Made by a program: the position numbers and the translations under genes. Below the pieces are notes generated by a model. The model had not been told where the DNA came from. It ran no database searches and saw nothing but the letters and a program-made list of their open reading frames with translations. Below, piece by piece: positions 9,829 through 20,852 of a stretch of 64,000 nucleotides of DNA. The stretch is from an uncultured virus (IMG/VR IMGVR_UViG_3300028595_000010) (Duplodnaviria; Heunggongvirae; Uroviricota; Caudoviricetes): the IMG/VR virus record IMGVR_UViG_3300028595_000010. One strand, written 5' to 3'. The first letter of the stretch is position 1. Each line of letters opens with the position of its first letter.

Positions 9829-11124
9829 TTAGTGCTGATAGGCTCTTTCAACCCACTTCTTAGCTTCTTTAAGTGCTAAAATATGGTCATCAAAAAGTCC
9901 TCTCTGGAGACACATTTCTGAAACAGCTTCCATTGTTGCAGCGGCGGCAAGCATTGCCTGTTGCTTTTTCTTATCTCTTCTCTTCTTAGCGAGATAAGCT
10001 GCTGTTGCTACACCACCAAGAGCTGCTGCTCCGATTCCATATTTGCCTGCATTACGACCAACATGAGCTACTGTTCTTTCTCCGCCAGACGCTCCTATAG
10101 ATTTAAGTGCTGCATCTGATCCGCCACTTCTACCGAATTTCCAAGCAGCCCCCATTCCTGGGGTATTAGGCTCCGCTTTCTTTGGAGCTGCGGCTGGTGC
10201 TTCTACAGGTTTTGCCTTAGGCACAGGAGCTTGAGCGGCCTTAGCGTCTCTTTTTGCCTGAAGATCAGATTTTACTCTATCTGCCTTATTTCTAATCTGA
10301 GCCTTTTTATATTTCTCGGATCTAATTTCATCCGAAGTTTTCAACCTTTCGTCAACATTTTCAACTGAGGCATTCGGACGTCTATTAGTTTTGAGAGTTT
10401 GATCAAATGTAGCAGAACTTTGCTCTTCTACATTTTCTGTATATCCTTGAGATGCAGCTCTGCGACGGGCTTCTTCTTCTTTTCTCTTTCTTCTGCGATA
10501 GAGTGCATACAATCCAGCACCAGCAACACCTGCACCAATACCTCTCTTAATATTCGTGCCGTGTTTGCCCATAAACTGATCAACTTTCTCAGAGTCAACA
10601 CCCATAGCTTTAGCACCAGCTGCGCCAAATTCAGCAGGTATAGCTCCTGCTGCTCTCAATCCCAAATCTCCGGCTTTTGTTGCTCCTTTAATTCCTGCAT
10701 ACATAGCAGATCTCATGGGATTATTTACAGTTCTTCCAACTGTACTTTGGTTCAGGGCGTCTCTACCTTTCTGAACTGTATCTTTAACTCTCTGAATTCT
10801 TGATGGATCATCATCTTCAAACAGAGTTTGTTGTTCACGAAGAGTAGCGACCAAAGATCTTCTTTTACCACAATTGTGCTCAAGAAGAGTTACTCTTGCT
10901 TCTTCTATATCCTTAACAAATTCATAGAAAACTTTTTCCAGTTCTGGGGCAGGAATAAATTTTTCAGCCATAGGATTCATAACCATATTGAGTGCCTGTT
11001 CATAGGACATCTCTTTAAGGATATAATCCTTCATTTTTAAACCCTTTTCAGGATTTTTCTCAATTGCCTGCTCGAGAAGAGAGATTCTCATAGCTTGGCT
11101 TACATCATTTCTTGTTAGAAACAT
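9829..11124 (-). CDS. putative virion (internal head) protein
   Basis: Two Gly/Ala-rich hydrophobic helices each followed by a basic patch; multiple (I/L)xE sites; function inferred. Confidence 0.45.
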   Translation of the reverse strand: MFLTRNDVSQAMRISLLEQAIEKNPEKGLKMKDYILKEMSYEQALNMVMNPMAEKFIPAPELEKVFYEFVKDIEEARVTLLEHNCGKRRSLVATLREQQTLFEDDDPSRIQRVKDTVQKGRDALNQSTVGRTVNNPMRSAMYAGIKGATKAGDLGLRAAGAIPAEFGAAGAKAMGVDSEKVDQFMGKHGTNIKRGIGAGVAGAGLYALYRRRKRKEEEARRRAASQGYTENVEEQSSATFDQTLKTNRRPNASVENVDERLKTSDEIRSEKYKKAQIRNKADRVKSDLQAKRDAKAAQAPVPKAKPVEAPAAAPKKAEPNTPGMGAAWKFGRSGGSDAALKSIGASGGERTVAHVGRNAGKYGIGAAALGGVATAAYLAKKRRDKKKQQAMLAAAATMEAVSEMCLQRGLFDDHILALKEAKKWVERAYQH

Positions 11125-11141
11125 AATTGTTGCTCCTAGGA

Positions 11142-12986
11142 TTAATATGATCGTTTATTGTTTGTTCCTTTGTATTTGTTAATTGTTTCAAATTTAAGAT
11201 TTCCACAATCATATAATCTAGGTATCCCTTCTAATAGCATAATTTCTCTTTCTGATAACTCATCAGAGAAATTTTCCATTTCTGTCAATGTACTTTTTCT
11301 AAAATTAAATCTATGTACTCTATTTTGCCCTAACACATACCAGTAATTAGGTTTAGATACTGATATCAAGGAAAATCCTAAATTTTGATATACTTTTCCT
11401 TGAGACCATCTAAGATCAGCATAAGAAAATATTTTGTTCCATTTATATTTTTTCTTAAAATGAGTCAACATTTTAGAAGCAATTCCTGGCGAATGTATAT
11501 CACGTTTTGTACAAAATCTATTAAGTTCCCATACACCTTCTAATGATTTAGACCCTTTAGATATATTACCTTTAGAAAATGTCATTACAGAAATTAATTC
11601 ATCATCATGAAATGCTCCCAATTTCACTTTCGAATTATCTTTCCCTTGTATATGATAATTTTCTAAGAAATCATTCTTCTTTTTAGAATCTATTTCTCTT
11701 ATTATACATTTACGGGCATGAACTCTCTTAGATTTACATTTATCAAGTATATGAAGAATACGAGATTTAACTATCTCTTTTTTATTAATCCATTCATCTT
11801 CAAAAATCTGAATTAATCTAATTCCTTTCTTATAACACATTTTGAATTTTTCAACATGATAATTGTCATCCACATATATTTCAGAATGCCAATATATGCC
11901 ATTTAATTCAATTGCTGTATTACATGATGGTATATAAATATCTAATTCCTTTGGAGAAATAATAGATCTATTATTAGTTTCATATTCAATATCATTATCA
12001 TCAAAAAATTGTCTACATTCTAACTCTAATGACGATGTATGATTTTTCAAAGGTTCACATATAGGACAAGAATTTATATCTCTAAAGATACGCATATTTA
12101 TTGTGTATAGGTTATCTATGATAAATTCATTGTTACAATCTGAACATTTAAATTTAAATTTGAATTTATCCATTCTTTCTATAAAACTAACATTAGATGA
12201 TAAATTATTATTTATTTTATCTATATATTTTATAGACTGATTTTGTATTCTACTTTCTATTGCCTTAAGATGAATATCTTCAATTAATAAATTAGTTTTC
12301 AATCCAAATTTATTCATACACGACTGTTTTATCTTGTCTCTAATACTATCATTTTTATTCGGATTGTCTACACCATAATTTTTAAGAAAAGTCTTTTTCA
12401 CTTTTCTTTTTACTTCTTCGGATTGTGTAGGATGATCCGTGCCATAATTCTTTCTTGATGTTTCTTTTACTTTATCTCGATAATCTTTAGTTCTTGTATA
12501 TACTTCTTCCCCATATCTTTCACTCATAGTTTGTTTTCGTTTAGATATGACAGATTCTAGATGTGCAACATTTTCAACTCCATACTTTTCCTTAATTGAT
12601 TCTTTCATTTTTGTTTTTATTGAATCAATCTTCATTGGATTATCTACACCATGTTTATCTAGATAATTTTTCTTATATACTTTTGCTGCATTTGTATGTT
12701 TACATGGACATTTCTTACTACAATGTTTAAAATATTTACCTTCCGCAAAATTTAAAGGTTTCCCACATTCACATAATTGAATAGATTCTAACGAATTCAA
12801 TGAAACATACACTCGCTCATTAAATGTCACTTTTCTAGTATGCTCGTCTAAAAACTGACTAACTTCAAAAATCCAATCATAAACTTCCTTATCCAATTTC
12901 TTAAATTTAAACACCCAAGAACTTTTATGAGGGTTTTCATTTATTAATTTTTTCAATCTAACAACCATTTCATCTTTTTTGAGCAT
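11142..12986 (-). CDS. free-standing homing endonuclease (KYGVxN repeats, Vsr-like nuclease domain, GNAT-like C-terminal domain)
   Basis: Repeated (K/N)YGV(D/E)N units; ELDIYIP...AIELNGIYWHSE; C-terminal WELNRFC...GIASKML...SYADLRWS.G.VY.NLGF. Confidence 0.8.
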   Translation of the reverse strand: MLKKDEMVVRLKKLINENPHKSSWVFKFKKLDKEVYDWIFEVSQFLDEHTRKVTFNERVYVSLNSLESIQLCECGKPLNFAEGKYFKHCSKKCPCKHTNAAKVYKKNYLDKHGVDNPMKIDSIKTKMKESIKEKYGVENVAHLESVISKRKQTMSERYGEEVYTRTKDYRDKVKETSRKNYGTDHPTQSEEVKRKVKKTFLKNYGVDNPNKNDSIRDKIKQSCMNKFGLKTNLLIEDIHLKAIESRIQNQSIKYIDKINNNLSSNVSFIERMDKFKFKFKCSDCNNEFIIDNLYTINMRIFRDINSCPICEPLKNHTSSLELECRQFFDDNDIEYETNNRSIISPKELDIYIPSCNTAIELNGIYWHSEIYVDDNYHVEKFKMCYKKGIRLIQIFEDEWINKKEIVKSRILHILDKCKSKRVHARKCIIREIDSKKKNDFLENYHIQGKDNSKVKLGAFHDDELISVMTFSKGNISKGSKSLEGVWELNRFCTKRDIHSPGIASKMLTHFKKKYKWNKIFSYADLRWSQGKVYQNLGFSLISVSKPNYWYVLGQNRVHRFNFRKSTLTEMENFSDELSEREIMLLEGIPRLYDCGNLKFETINKYKGTNNKRSY

Positions 12987-13090
12987 AAAAACTCCTTTTA
13001 ATTGTGAATTTTAAATAATTTAATATACTAAAATTATTGATTTAAAATAAAAAATCAATAATCTTAGGCTTCACAATATTATGTATTTAG

Positions 13091-16000
13091 TTATAGGTTG
13101 CCATTCACAATTCTTTCAAGTATAGATTCTGTATTATCTCTATCGTAAGTTAATCCCATTGTGATAGATTCATTCGGATTTTCAAATGATAAAGCACTAA
13201 GCCAAGATTCTAATGCAGGAATTTGTTTTATATTCACAATAATTGCTTTGTAGTTATTATTCAATCTAGCAGGATATGACGGATTATCAGCATCCCTAAG
13301 AAGATTTGATGAAAGAACTTCAAAATGAACCATATCTGCATTCTTAGTATCTTTGGCATATTGATCATATACCTTCATACAGAAATGATCTCCTGATCTC
13401 CATGGTTTCTTCCCAGATAATAAATGAGCAACTTGTTTCATTTTGTCGCTGAAACTATCAGTAACTGGAGGAACTGAAAATATTTTAGAATTAGCATTAA
13501 ATTTGATTACTATTGTTTTATCAGTAATTTCTATGTTATTATCACTATAGTTTACAATAGTTTTAGCATCTATAGTTATTGGAAAATTTCCATGTGTGGC
13601 ATCTATTGTAAAATAACCATACGCTAAGTCAACAACACCTTTTCCAATTTTTATATCTTTCTTTTGATCTAAATATTCTAATTTATTTATTACTATAGTG
13701 CCATTTACTGATGCTATAATATCATTTTCTACTTGTTTGAATAATTTATTATATTTAGACATTTCAGAATCCGAATATGTATCAGATAGGACTTTAGCCA
13801 CATCTATTTTATTAACTGATACTGCTCCACCTGTGTGAAACGTATTATGATTTTGCATCATATTCATCATAAATTCGGATGTAGACGTCTGAATATCATA
13901 TACAGGATATTCCCATTTATCTAATTTCTTTATACTGCTTACTATATCAAATCCTCTAATTGCCATTTCTTTTCTATATCTAACATACTTAATCTCTTCA
14001 ATCGAATTTAACTTTACAGAATTTAATTTAGGATCTTCTATAAAACTTATATCAATTGAAAATGCAGGACGTTTTCCTTCTATAGATTTCTTTCCTGGTC
14101 TTTCTAATTTAGATACATTTGTATTACACTTATAGTTGAGTTTAATACAAATCGCTTTAAGTTGTTGTACTAAATAATGACTAGTAGTGGATATTCTACA
14201 GACTGTAGAAGATTTTGTAAATACTGTACCATCTGTATCAATTAACCCAGAAATAAATTCTTTTAACCATTTTTTGTCGTAATCTATGAAATTATGAGAA
14301 AGTCGTTTTTCCCATGCATAATTTCCAAGAACTATATTAGATATTTCCTGATCATTATCGTACATTGAAATATAATCTCTACATTCAGATACTCTTTCAT
14401 ACTGAGTTTTTGCTTCAAGTATTATTTTACTTCTAACATCACACTCTTTAGTTTGAGATATTGCATTACCTTTTATATTTCTATCTTTTCCAAATTTAAA
14501 TCCATCTCCACAATATGCTCCACATATATATCCAGATTTAGAAGGAATTATAGATTTTTCATTATTGTATGCAATAGTTGAATCTATCCATATTGCGTCA
14601 TGTTTTGAAAGATCTTTAGCTTGAACTTCGATTAACTCATCGTCAATATCGTCAAAAATATTTCTTGATCCAGCGTATTCTTTATATTCATTATTACCTA
14701 TCAATCTACATTTTCCATTTGGATATTTAGAATGTATAGAATTTTTCTTAATCCATAACGGATGATTCGCTTGAACTATAATATTATGACCTTCCTTGGT
14801 AGAAATGAATAATAAATCGTCAGTTGGATTATGTTTTTGAATTTTTAATGCTGGTACAGCAGCATCTTTACCATCAACATATACATCAGTCAAATATTTA
14901 GTTTCTTTACCATCAACAATTTTAACTTCTTCATCTATTTCATTCCATAAATCTTCAAATGCCCATAATTGATTTTTATAATGAACTATCCCAGATGAAC
15001 ATTTCATAATCATTTGGGTTCCACGCTCACCTATTATTTGTGCAGCAAGAACTCCAACAAACAATGTTCGGTTTCTATCAAGAAGTTTTCCATAGCACGT
15101 CTTACATAATTTAGGATTTTTACAATACAATGGGGATTTTAAAGGAATTACTTTACCAATCAATTTATCAGGATCTGTTATTTCTGTCGGTTTTCCTTGA
15201 AGTAATAAATAACGTCCTTTAAGTCTTGGAGCTATATCCTTAGTCACTTTCAACTTAAAGAATTTTTTAGTCCCACAATCATATCTAGATGGATCAGCTT
15301 CTACTCGTTGTAATGCATAAACGAGTTGTCTACTTAAGTAACCTGTATCCGCAGTATTCAAAACTCTATCGGAGATACCTTTTCGAGTTCCTGCACCAGT
15401 CTGAAAAAATTCTTTACTATTAAATCCTTCGGTATATGATTCAGGAACGGCAGGAAGAACATTTCCTTCATTATCCTGAATAAGCCCTTTAGATACTAAA
15501 ATTTGTCTTGTTTGGCCCCATCCTTTAAGTCCTCCGGCTTCTCCAATTACTCCTAAATTAGTTCCTCTTTCTGTAAAGTCTTCTTCTAATCTCTTTTCAG
15601 CATGATTTAAAAGATCAGTCACTTTTTCTGGTGACTGCCCAACAATCTTATTTTTAATCCGCTTAACATCAGCAGGAATATCAAAATCTTGAATACTAAA
15701 TGAAGGAGATGCTAATGTTCCATATTTAAAAGCAATCTTTAGCAATCTACTTGTATACTCAACATACTCTTTCTGCCCATACTTGTTGTGTATAATAGTT
15801 GCTAATTTTCCAAGCATCTTTTTATCAATTGGGTTATTAATAAACTTCATTTGGGGAGGAAGAACCTGATTAAAGATAACTCTTCCTGCCGTTGTTGTCA
15901 TTCCCCCAAATCTTACTTTATCATAGATATTCAAATTAAATGCATCATCTGGTGATTTAATTTGTTTGATAGATCTACTTGGTTTCGGTGGATCTTGTGT

Positions 16001-17266
16001 AAGGACATATATACCTATCGCTATATCTTTTTCAAATCCGTCAGCAACTTTTCCTTCACCGTCTTTAGACATTGAGATCATCAATTTATCTTTTGCCTCT
16101 TCTATTGCCTGTTTGGTGATAGGCACGTATAAAGCCATTTGATCTCCATCAAAATCAGCATTAAATGCAGGACACTTAACTGGACATACCTTAATAGTAT
16201 TCCCCTCAACTAACTTTGGATAGAATGCCTGAACTGATTCGGCATGAAGAGCTGGATCTCGTTTTGCAATGACAACTTTGTCTTTGATTGCTCGTTCAAC
16301 AGAATCTCTAAGTATTTGTTCAAGACGCTCAGGAATTTCATCGTGCTTATAAATGCCGATGAATAATTTTTTCAATGAAAGAGCACTGAGCTTACTTCCA
16401 TTGAATTTCTCAAGTTCTGCGGACATTTCGTCTCTGGGAGCTATTCCGCTATTGAGCAGATCATGTAAAACAAACGGTTCATATAGTTTTACTAATAACT
16501 TGAATGGAACACCTAATTCATTAGGCTTAAGTTCAGCAGCTGCCCCAACAATCACTGCACGAGCAGAAAAGTCCACACGTTTACCTAACATGTGTCCTCT
16601 CAAAAGACCTGTTTTCTTTGCCATCTTTGATATGATATAATCATACAAATCTTTAACTAAATTAAACATTCTGTATGACAAAAGATCATACACAGTCCCA
16701 CCACTGATTGATCTTAGCTGCAATGATAATCTGATGATATTCAGATAATAATCATTCATTGGCTGAACAGTAATTTCGCCACTATCGTGAATTGTGATAT
16801 CTCTATATACTGGAGGTATTACAAGAGATTTATCTACAAAGACAAGTCCCTTCTTCTTATATCCTTCCACCAGATGTATCAAATCATCTCTCTTAGTTGT
16901 GCCGCCTCTAAATTTGATTTTATCAAAATTTTCAACGACCGCAGACATTCCATATATCTTCCCATTATCATCCGGTTCAAGTATTCCCTCATCATTAATT
17001 GTATACTTCTTTTCTCCCGACATAGCAACTAATAGTTTCTGTTCTAATCTTCTAATTACTGGAAATAGTGCTGGATGTAATACTTTCGTGTTCAATTCGA
17101 TGAATGAATAAGTCTTCTTTCTGTCAGGAGAATCTACAGGCCCAAATATTCTTTCAGAAAACAAACCGTCCGGATGGAATGATTGTGTTTTCCCAACAAA
17201 GAACTCCGTAGATGTAACAGGGACAAGATTCTTAGTCACATCGCTCAGATCCATTAACTTCAACAC
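13091..17266 (-). CDS. rpoC: RNA polymerase beta' subunit with cis intein
   Basis: DGLFSERIFGP, GKRVDFSARAVI, catalytic NADFDGD, TADTGYLSRQL, GERGTQMIMK|intein|TFHTGG; GTG start with AGGAG RBS. Confidence 0.95.
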   Translation of the reverse strand: MLKLMDLSDVTKNLVPVTSTEFFVGKTQSFHPDGLFSERIFGPVDSPDRKKTYSFIELNTKVLHPALFPVIRRLEQKLLVAMSGEKKYTINDEGILEPDDNGKIYGMSAVVENFDKIKFRGGTTKRDDLIHLVEGYKKKGLVFVDKSLVIPPVYRDITIHDSGEITVQPMNDYYLNIIRLSLQLRSISGGTVYDLLSYRMFNLVKDLYDYIISKMAKKTGLLRGHMLGKRVDFSARAVIVGAAAELKPNELGVPFKLLVKLYEPFVLHDLLNSGIAPRDEMSAELEKFNGSKLSALSLKKLFIGIYKHDEIPERLEQILRDSVERAIKDKVVIAKRDPALHAESVQAFYPKLVEGNTIKVCPVKCPAFNADFDGDQMALYVPITKQAIEEAKDKLMISMSKDGEGKVADGFEKDIAIGIYVLTQDPPKPSRSIKQIKSPDDAFNLNIYDKVRFGGMTTTAGRVIFNQVLPPQMKFINNPIDKKMLGKLATIIHNKYGQKEYVEYTSRLLKIAFKYGTLASPSFSIQDFDIPADVKRIKNKIVGQSPEKVTDLLNHAEKRLEEDFTERGTNLGVIGEAGGLKGWGQTRQILVSKGLIQDNEGNVLPAVPESYTEGFNSKEFFQTGAGTRKGISDRVLNTADTGYLSRQLVYALQRVEADPSRYDCGTKKFFKLKVTKDIAPRLKGRYLLLQGKPTEITDPDKLIGKVIPLKSPLYCKNPKLCKTCYGKLLDRNRTLFVGVLAAQIIGERGTQMIMKCSSGIVHYKNQLWAFEDLWNEIDEEVKIVDGKETKYLTDVYVDGKDAAVPALKIQKHNPTDDLLFISTKEGHNIIVQANHPLWIKKNSIHSKYPNGKCRLIGNNEYKEYAGSRNIFDDIDDELIEVQAKDLSKHDAIWIDSTIAYNNEKSIIPSKSGYICGAYCGDGFKFGKDRNIKGNAISQTKECDVRSKIILEAKTQYERVSECRDYISMYDNDQEISNIVLGNYAWEKRLSHNFIDYDKKWLKEFISGLIDTDGTVFTKSSTVCRISTTSHYLVQQLKAICIKLNYKCNTNVSKLERPGKKSIEGKRPAFSIDISFIEDPKLNSVKLNSIEEIKYVRYRKEMAIRGFDIVSSIKKLDKWEYPVYDIQTSTSEFMMNMMQNHNTFHTGGAVSVNKIDVAKVLSDTYSDSEMSKYNKLFKQVENDIIASVNGTIVINKLEYLDQKKDIKIGKGVVDLAYGYFTIDATHGNFPITIDAKTIVNYSDNNIEITDKTIVIKFNANSKIFSVPPVTDSFSDKMKQVAHLLSGKKPWRSGDHFCMKVYDQYAKDTKNADMVHFEVLSSNLLRDADNPSYPARLNNNYKAIIVNIKQIPALESWLSALSFENPNESITMGLTYDRDNTESILERIVNGNL
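13844..15001 (-). mobile_element. intein (386 aa) with LAGLIDADG endonuclease domain
   Basis: Starts Cys (CSSGIV), ends QNHN before Thr; internal GAYCGDG and ISGLIDTDG motifs. Confidence 0.92.
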
Positions 17267-17277
17267 AATATTGCTCC

Positions 17278-18456
17278 TTATAAGATATCGTCGGCCTGCT
17301 GTTCAACTTCCTCTTCTTGCATCTTTTCAAGCTTCTTAATTTGGAATCTGTCAAGCAATTCAGAAAACAGAAAAAGAACTATTGCTAAAGATATTACCGG
17401 AAATACTATATACGCAATCATTCTTCCAAATTTCTCTGAAATATCTGATGCTAGTTTTTGTGAATTCTCTACTGAAGATAAATCGCCTTGACCAACTTTA
17501 CCCCACCACCCAGAGATTTTATCTTTGGTTTGTTGGGAAACAGCTCTATCAGCTACACTTCCAGGTTCTCCAAACAATGCAATTACAAGTTCTCTTTTTC
17601 TGAAATAGTCCCAAAGTCTTCCGCCAACTCGAGTTACAATATTTCCAACATAAAACAATCCTTTACCGATCATATCGCCGGCACCAGAAAAGAGTTGTTT
17701 CCATACTAACTCAAATGTAAACGCAAAGAACATGCTTAGAGGAACAATGATTGATGTGACCTTAATTAATGCTCCAGCTTGAGGATCAGTCTTTCTTCCT
17801 GAGAAGATATTCTTAAATCCTTCAATTACATTTCTCCATGCTTGTTGATAATTGATTACCGGATTGCCGTCATCTGAAATATCCGAGCTTTTCTGAACTC
17901 CATTGACAACGCTAAGGACAACAATAATTAAAGCTAAGATTGACACAATTGCTCCGCCAGCTACAGCTCCAGAAACTCTATCTTCCCTGTAAGACCCAAT
18001 CCCAGCACCAACAAGAGATCCAGCACTAAGAATACCAGCAGAAACAAGAACATTTCTAACAACAGTCTTAGAATTAATGTATGATCTAGCGAGATCTCTC
18101 CATTCTACACCAGATACTCTATTTTTGGTATAATTAAAATAAGTCCTAAGATATGTATCTCCAGATTTTTCATTATCAATAGGTTTATTAGGGGTAGGAA
18201 GAGGAGTCTTCTTTTTTCCATTATATGCCAAAGAGTCAATATCCTGAATAGTCTTGGTTGTTGCAGCTTTAATAGCTCGAGTTTTACCAGATATTTGCTT
18301 TACATTATTTGAATTTCTAATTGACCCTACAGCTTTAACTGCCGCTCTTAAAGGACCAAGATTTACCTTAGGTTCCGTGCTTCCTTCTTCCAAGAATACA
18401 TTCTCTAGAAGAATGTCTCCCTTAAGATATCCATCAATAAACTTTTCTGCTGACAT
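17278..18456 (-). CDS. multi-pass hydrophobic protein, possibly virion-associated
   Basis: Four hydrophobic segments; ILLE/FLEE near the N-terminus. Confidence 0.55.
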   Translation of the reverse strand: MSAEKFIDGYLKGDILLENVFLEEGSTEPKVNLGPLRAAVKAVGSIRNSNNVKQISGKTRAIKAATTKTIQDIDSLAYNGKKKTPLPTPNKPIDNEKSGDTYLRTYFNYTKNRVSGVEWRDLARSYINSKTVVRNVLVSAGILSAGSLVGAGIGSYREDRVSGAVAGGAIVSILALIIVVLSVVNGVQKSSDISDDGNPVINYQQAWRNVIEGFKNIFSGRKTDPQAGALIKVTSIIVPLSMFFAFTFELVWKQLFSGAGDMIGKGLFYVGNIVTRVGGRLWDYFRKRELVIALFGEPGSVADRAVSQQTKDKISGWWGKVGQGDLSSVENSQKLASDISEKFGRMIAYIVFPVISLAIVLFLFSELLDRFQIKKLEKMQEEEVEQQADDIL

Positions 18457-18461
18457 CAGTA

Positions 18462-19256
18462 TTATGCTCCTTGATTCGCTTGAGGGGGTTTAACTCCACC
18501 TGTTTGTCTCTCAATAGATGTTTTCTGTGTTAACTGAGCTGCGTAGGATTTCAGCTTTCCCCGTTCCTCAGCGATCATATCATTATACTTGCCTATGATC
18601 TTAACTAAATTTGTTTGGCACTTCTCTGGATTTGGAGTGTTATTACATTGAGCTACTTGACCTCTTAAATAGGCAACTGTGTTAGTAAGACCTTGAAGTT
18701 TACATTCAGCTGCGCATCCATTAACCAACAATCTATAGTTAGGTTGTTGAGGGTTAAATTTCTTCTTACATGTAACTCTACATACACTCTTAGTCTTCTC
18801 AATTGTGACCATGAGAAATTTTACTAGAATTCCTGCTGCTGCACTTATCGCTGAAAATGCCAGCATACCACCCATTCCTCTTACGAAGCCACTCATCATT
18901 CCACCTTTTGCTCCACCGAGAGCTTTAGCTGCTGGCTCAATAAGTTTTTTATCTACTGATCCTGATGCTAAAAAGGCTGCTCCAGTTCCAATAATTGGTT
19001 TTAAAAGTTTTTCAATCTGACTCAAACGTCGTGCTCTTTCAATGTCAGTATCTAAATATTGGCCGTCATATGTTCCAGCCTGTTCATGAAGAGTCTTTTT
19101 ATCAAATACATTAAGAACAATATCCTCATAACTGGCTTCATGGATGATATATTCCATCATATCATAGTAATCACCTTTTCCAGTTTGGTCCAATGATTCA
19201 AGAGCAATTGCTCTTGCAAGTGTGTCAATAAATTCTTTTTGGTTAGATGTAAGCAT
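18462..19256 (-). CDS. hypothetical protein with hydrophobic helices and Cys-rich C-terminus
   Basis: 264 aa; CxxxC...CxxxC followed by coiled coil. Confidence 0.65.
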   Translation of the reverse strand: MLTSNQKEFIDTLARAIALESLDQTGKGDYYDMMEYIIHEASYEDIVLNVFDKKTLHEQAGTYDGQYLDTDIERARRLSQIEKLLKPIIGTGAAFLASGSVDKKLIEPAAKALGGAKGGMMSGFVRGMGGMLAFSAISAAAGILVKFLMVTIEKTKSVCRVTCKKKFNPQQPNYRLLVNGCAAECKLQGLTNTVAYLRGQVAQCNNTPNPEKCQTNLVKIIGKYNDMIAEERGKLKSYAAQLTQKTSIERQTGGVKPPQANQGA

Positions 19257-19402
19257 AATAGATAATCCTTAGATCGCTTTTATTTTTGTTCTTTAATTAA
19301 AATAGATACATTTAGGAAAAAATCTTGAATATATCGACCTACTAAATATATTACTTTACCCTTTTACATTAGTATAACCAAGTCTACAAAGGAAATTCAT
19401 TT

Positions 19403-20809
19403 ATGATCAAATTCAAAGAAACTGGAAAGAGACAATATGATATCGTTTCAATTGAAGACAAGAATGAAACAGTACTTGTTTCTCTAAACCTAATCTTTAC
19501 TCCAGCGATTAATAAATACGACAAAATTTATACATTCGTTGAGAATTGTTCTGCTACATTAGGAAAAGAATTTGATGACTGGTTTGTCCAATATATCACT
19601 GAATTTGTAAAGTCAAATTTTGATTACATCGTAATCAAAAAGAATATCAATAAGATGAAAGAGATGACATCTAAATATATTGATAGTCTAGGAATCAATT
19701 TTGATGACTACATCAATCGTGATAAAATTTCTAAACATTCAATATTTTTTGATGCAGAAGAAATAAAGAAAATTGTACTCGTGTCTAATTATCTGAAATT
19801 CTATTTCACAATTTCACACGATAACAAAATGAGACTGCCTACTAAATTCCATAAAGAAATCTTTAAAGAGCTTGTTGCTCCTATATCTGAATGTGACATT
19901 CTGTTCAAACTATTCAAAATTGTGTCTTCAAAGATTTATAGATATAATATATCAGATTCTTACATGTGGGATTATATTAAGATGATTCTTTGTAAGACTA
20001 CAGATATCTATATTGTTTCAACATTCAACTTCATTGTAAATAACATATTGGTTGCATGTAAACCGGAAACAAATCCAATCCCATTCTTGATTTCGGTTAT
20101 TGATGAATCAATCCAATGGATGCTTAGAGGCGTCTACAAAGATGCTGTCATTTATTCAGATGCAATCAATACAGAAGATGTATATTCTCTACAAGGCAAA
20201 GATAATTTAAAATCATATGCATATAATGATTCTATCGGCCGGATTGTGTTAAAAACATATAATGCACTTGAAGGTGAAGGAATTTCAGATGTTAAATTTA
20301 ATGATGCAGTCAAGTATAAAACTGAGCCATCATTGTTCTCCACATATATCACATATCCAATTCTTTGTAAAGTATTAGAAATTCCATATCGTCATTTTGT
20401 GACAATCCCAGTAGAACATGGGCATTTGCTAAATCTTATGCTTCATCAAATTTTGCCTAATAGCTTTAAAGATAAATATCCGATAATCCACAACATGCTA
20501 GTCCATTACAATAAAGAAAAATCTATTGTTAAAACCACATACAAAATCAAAAACATCTCTCATTTTACAAAGACTCTTGGAACCTTTATGGGTTTCAAAA
20601 ATATGACTTTTGTGTACAACTTCTACTCTTCAATTGTAGGCAAGTTAGCAAGAAATACATATGTAAATTTTAAATCAGGCAAAGAGATTACTAATTTTCC
20701 TCTAGCACGACTAGAACAAGATATAATCTCTTTCTATAATGATTACTTTGATGGACGTCTGAATCCTATATTTGAAGAAATCAGAAATAAAATCGACGAA
20801 ATATTATAA
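19403..20809 (+). CDS. hypothetical protein (468 aa), oppositely oriented
   Basis: Long ORF with AAGGA RBS and its own terminator. Confidence 0.8.
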   Translation: MIKFKETGKRQYDIVSIEDKNETVLVSLNLIFTPAINKYDKIYTFVENCSATLGKEFDDWFVQYITEFVKSNFDYIVIKKNINKMKEMTSKYIDSLGINFDDYINRDKISKHSIFFDAEEIKKIVLVSNYLKFYFTISHDNKMRLPTKFHKEIFKELVAPISECDILFKLFKIVSSKIYRYNISDSYMWDYIKMILCKTTDIYIVSTFNFIVNNILVACKPETNPIPFLISVIDESIQWMLRGVYKDAVIYSDAINTEDVYSLQGKDNLKSYAYNDSIGRIVLKTYNALEGEGISDVKFNDAVKYKTEPSLFSTYITYPILCKVLEIPYRHFVTIPVEHGHLLNLMLHQILPNSFKDKYPIIHNMLVHYNKEKSIVKTTYKIKNISHFTKTLGTFMGFKNMTFVYNFYSSIVGKLARNTYVNFKSGKEITNFPLARLEQDIISFYNDYFDGRLNPIFEEIRNKIDEIL

Positions 20810-20815
20810 CCTCCT

Positions 20816-20852
20816 AAGCCGAGTGATTGCTTTTGTAATCGCTCGGCTTTTT
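20816..20852. terminator. terminator hairpin between convergent genes
   Basis: AAGCCGAGTGATTGC / GTAATCGCTCGGCTTTTT. Confidence 0.75.
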
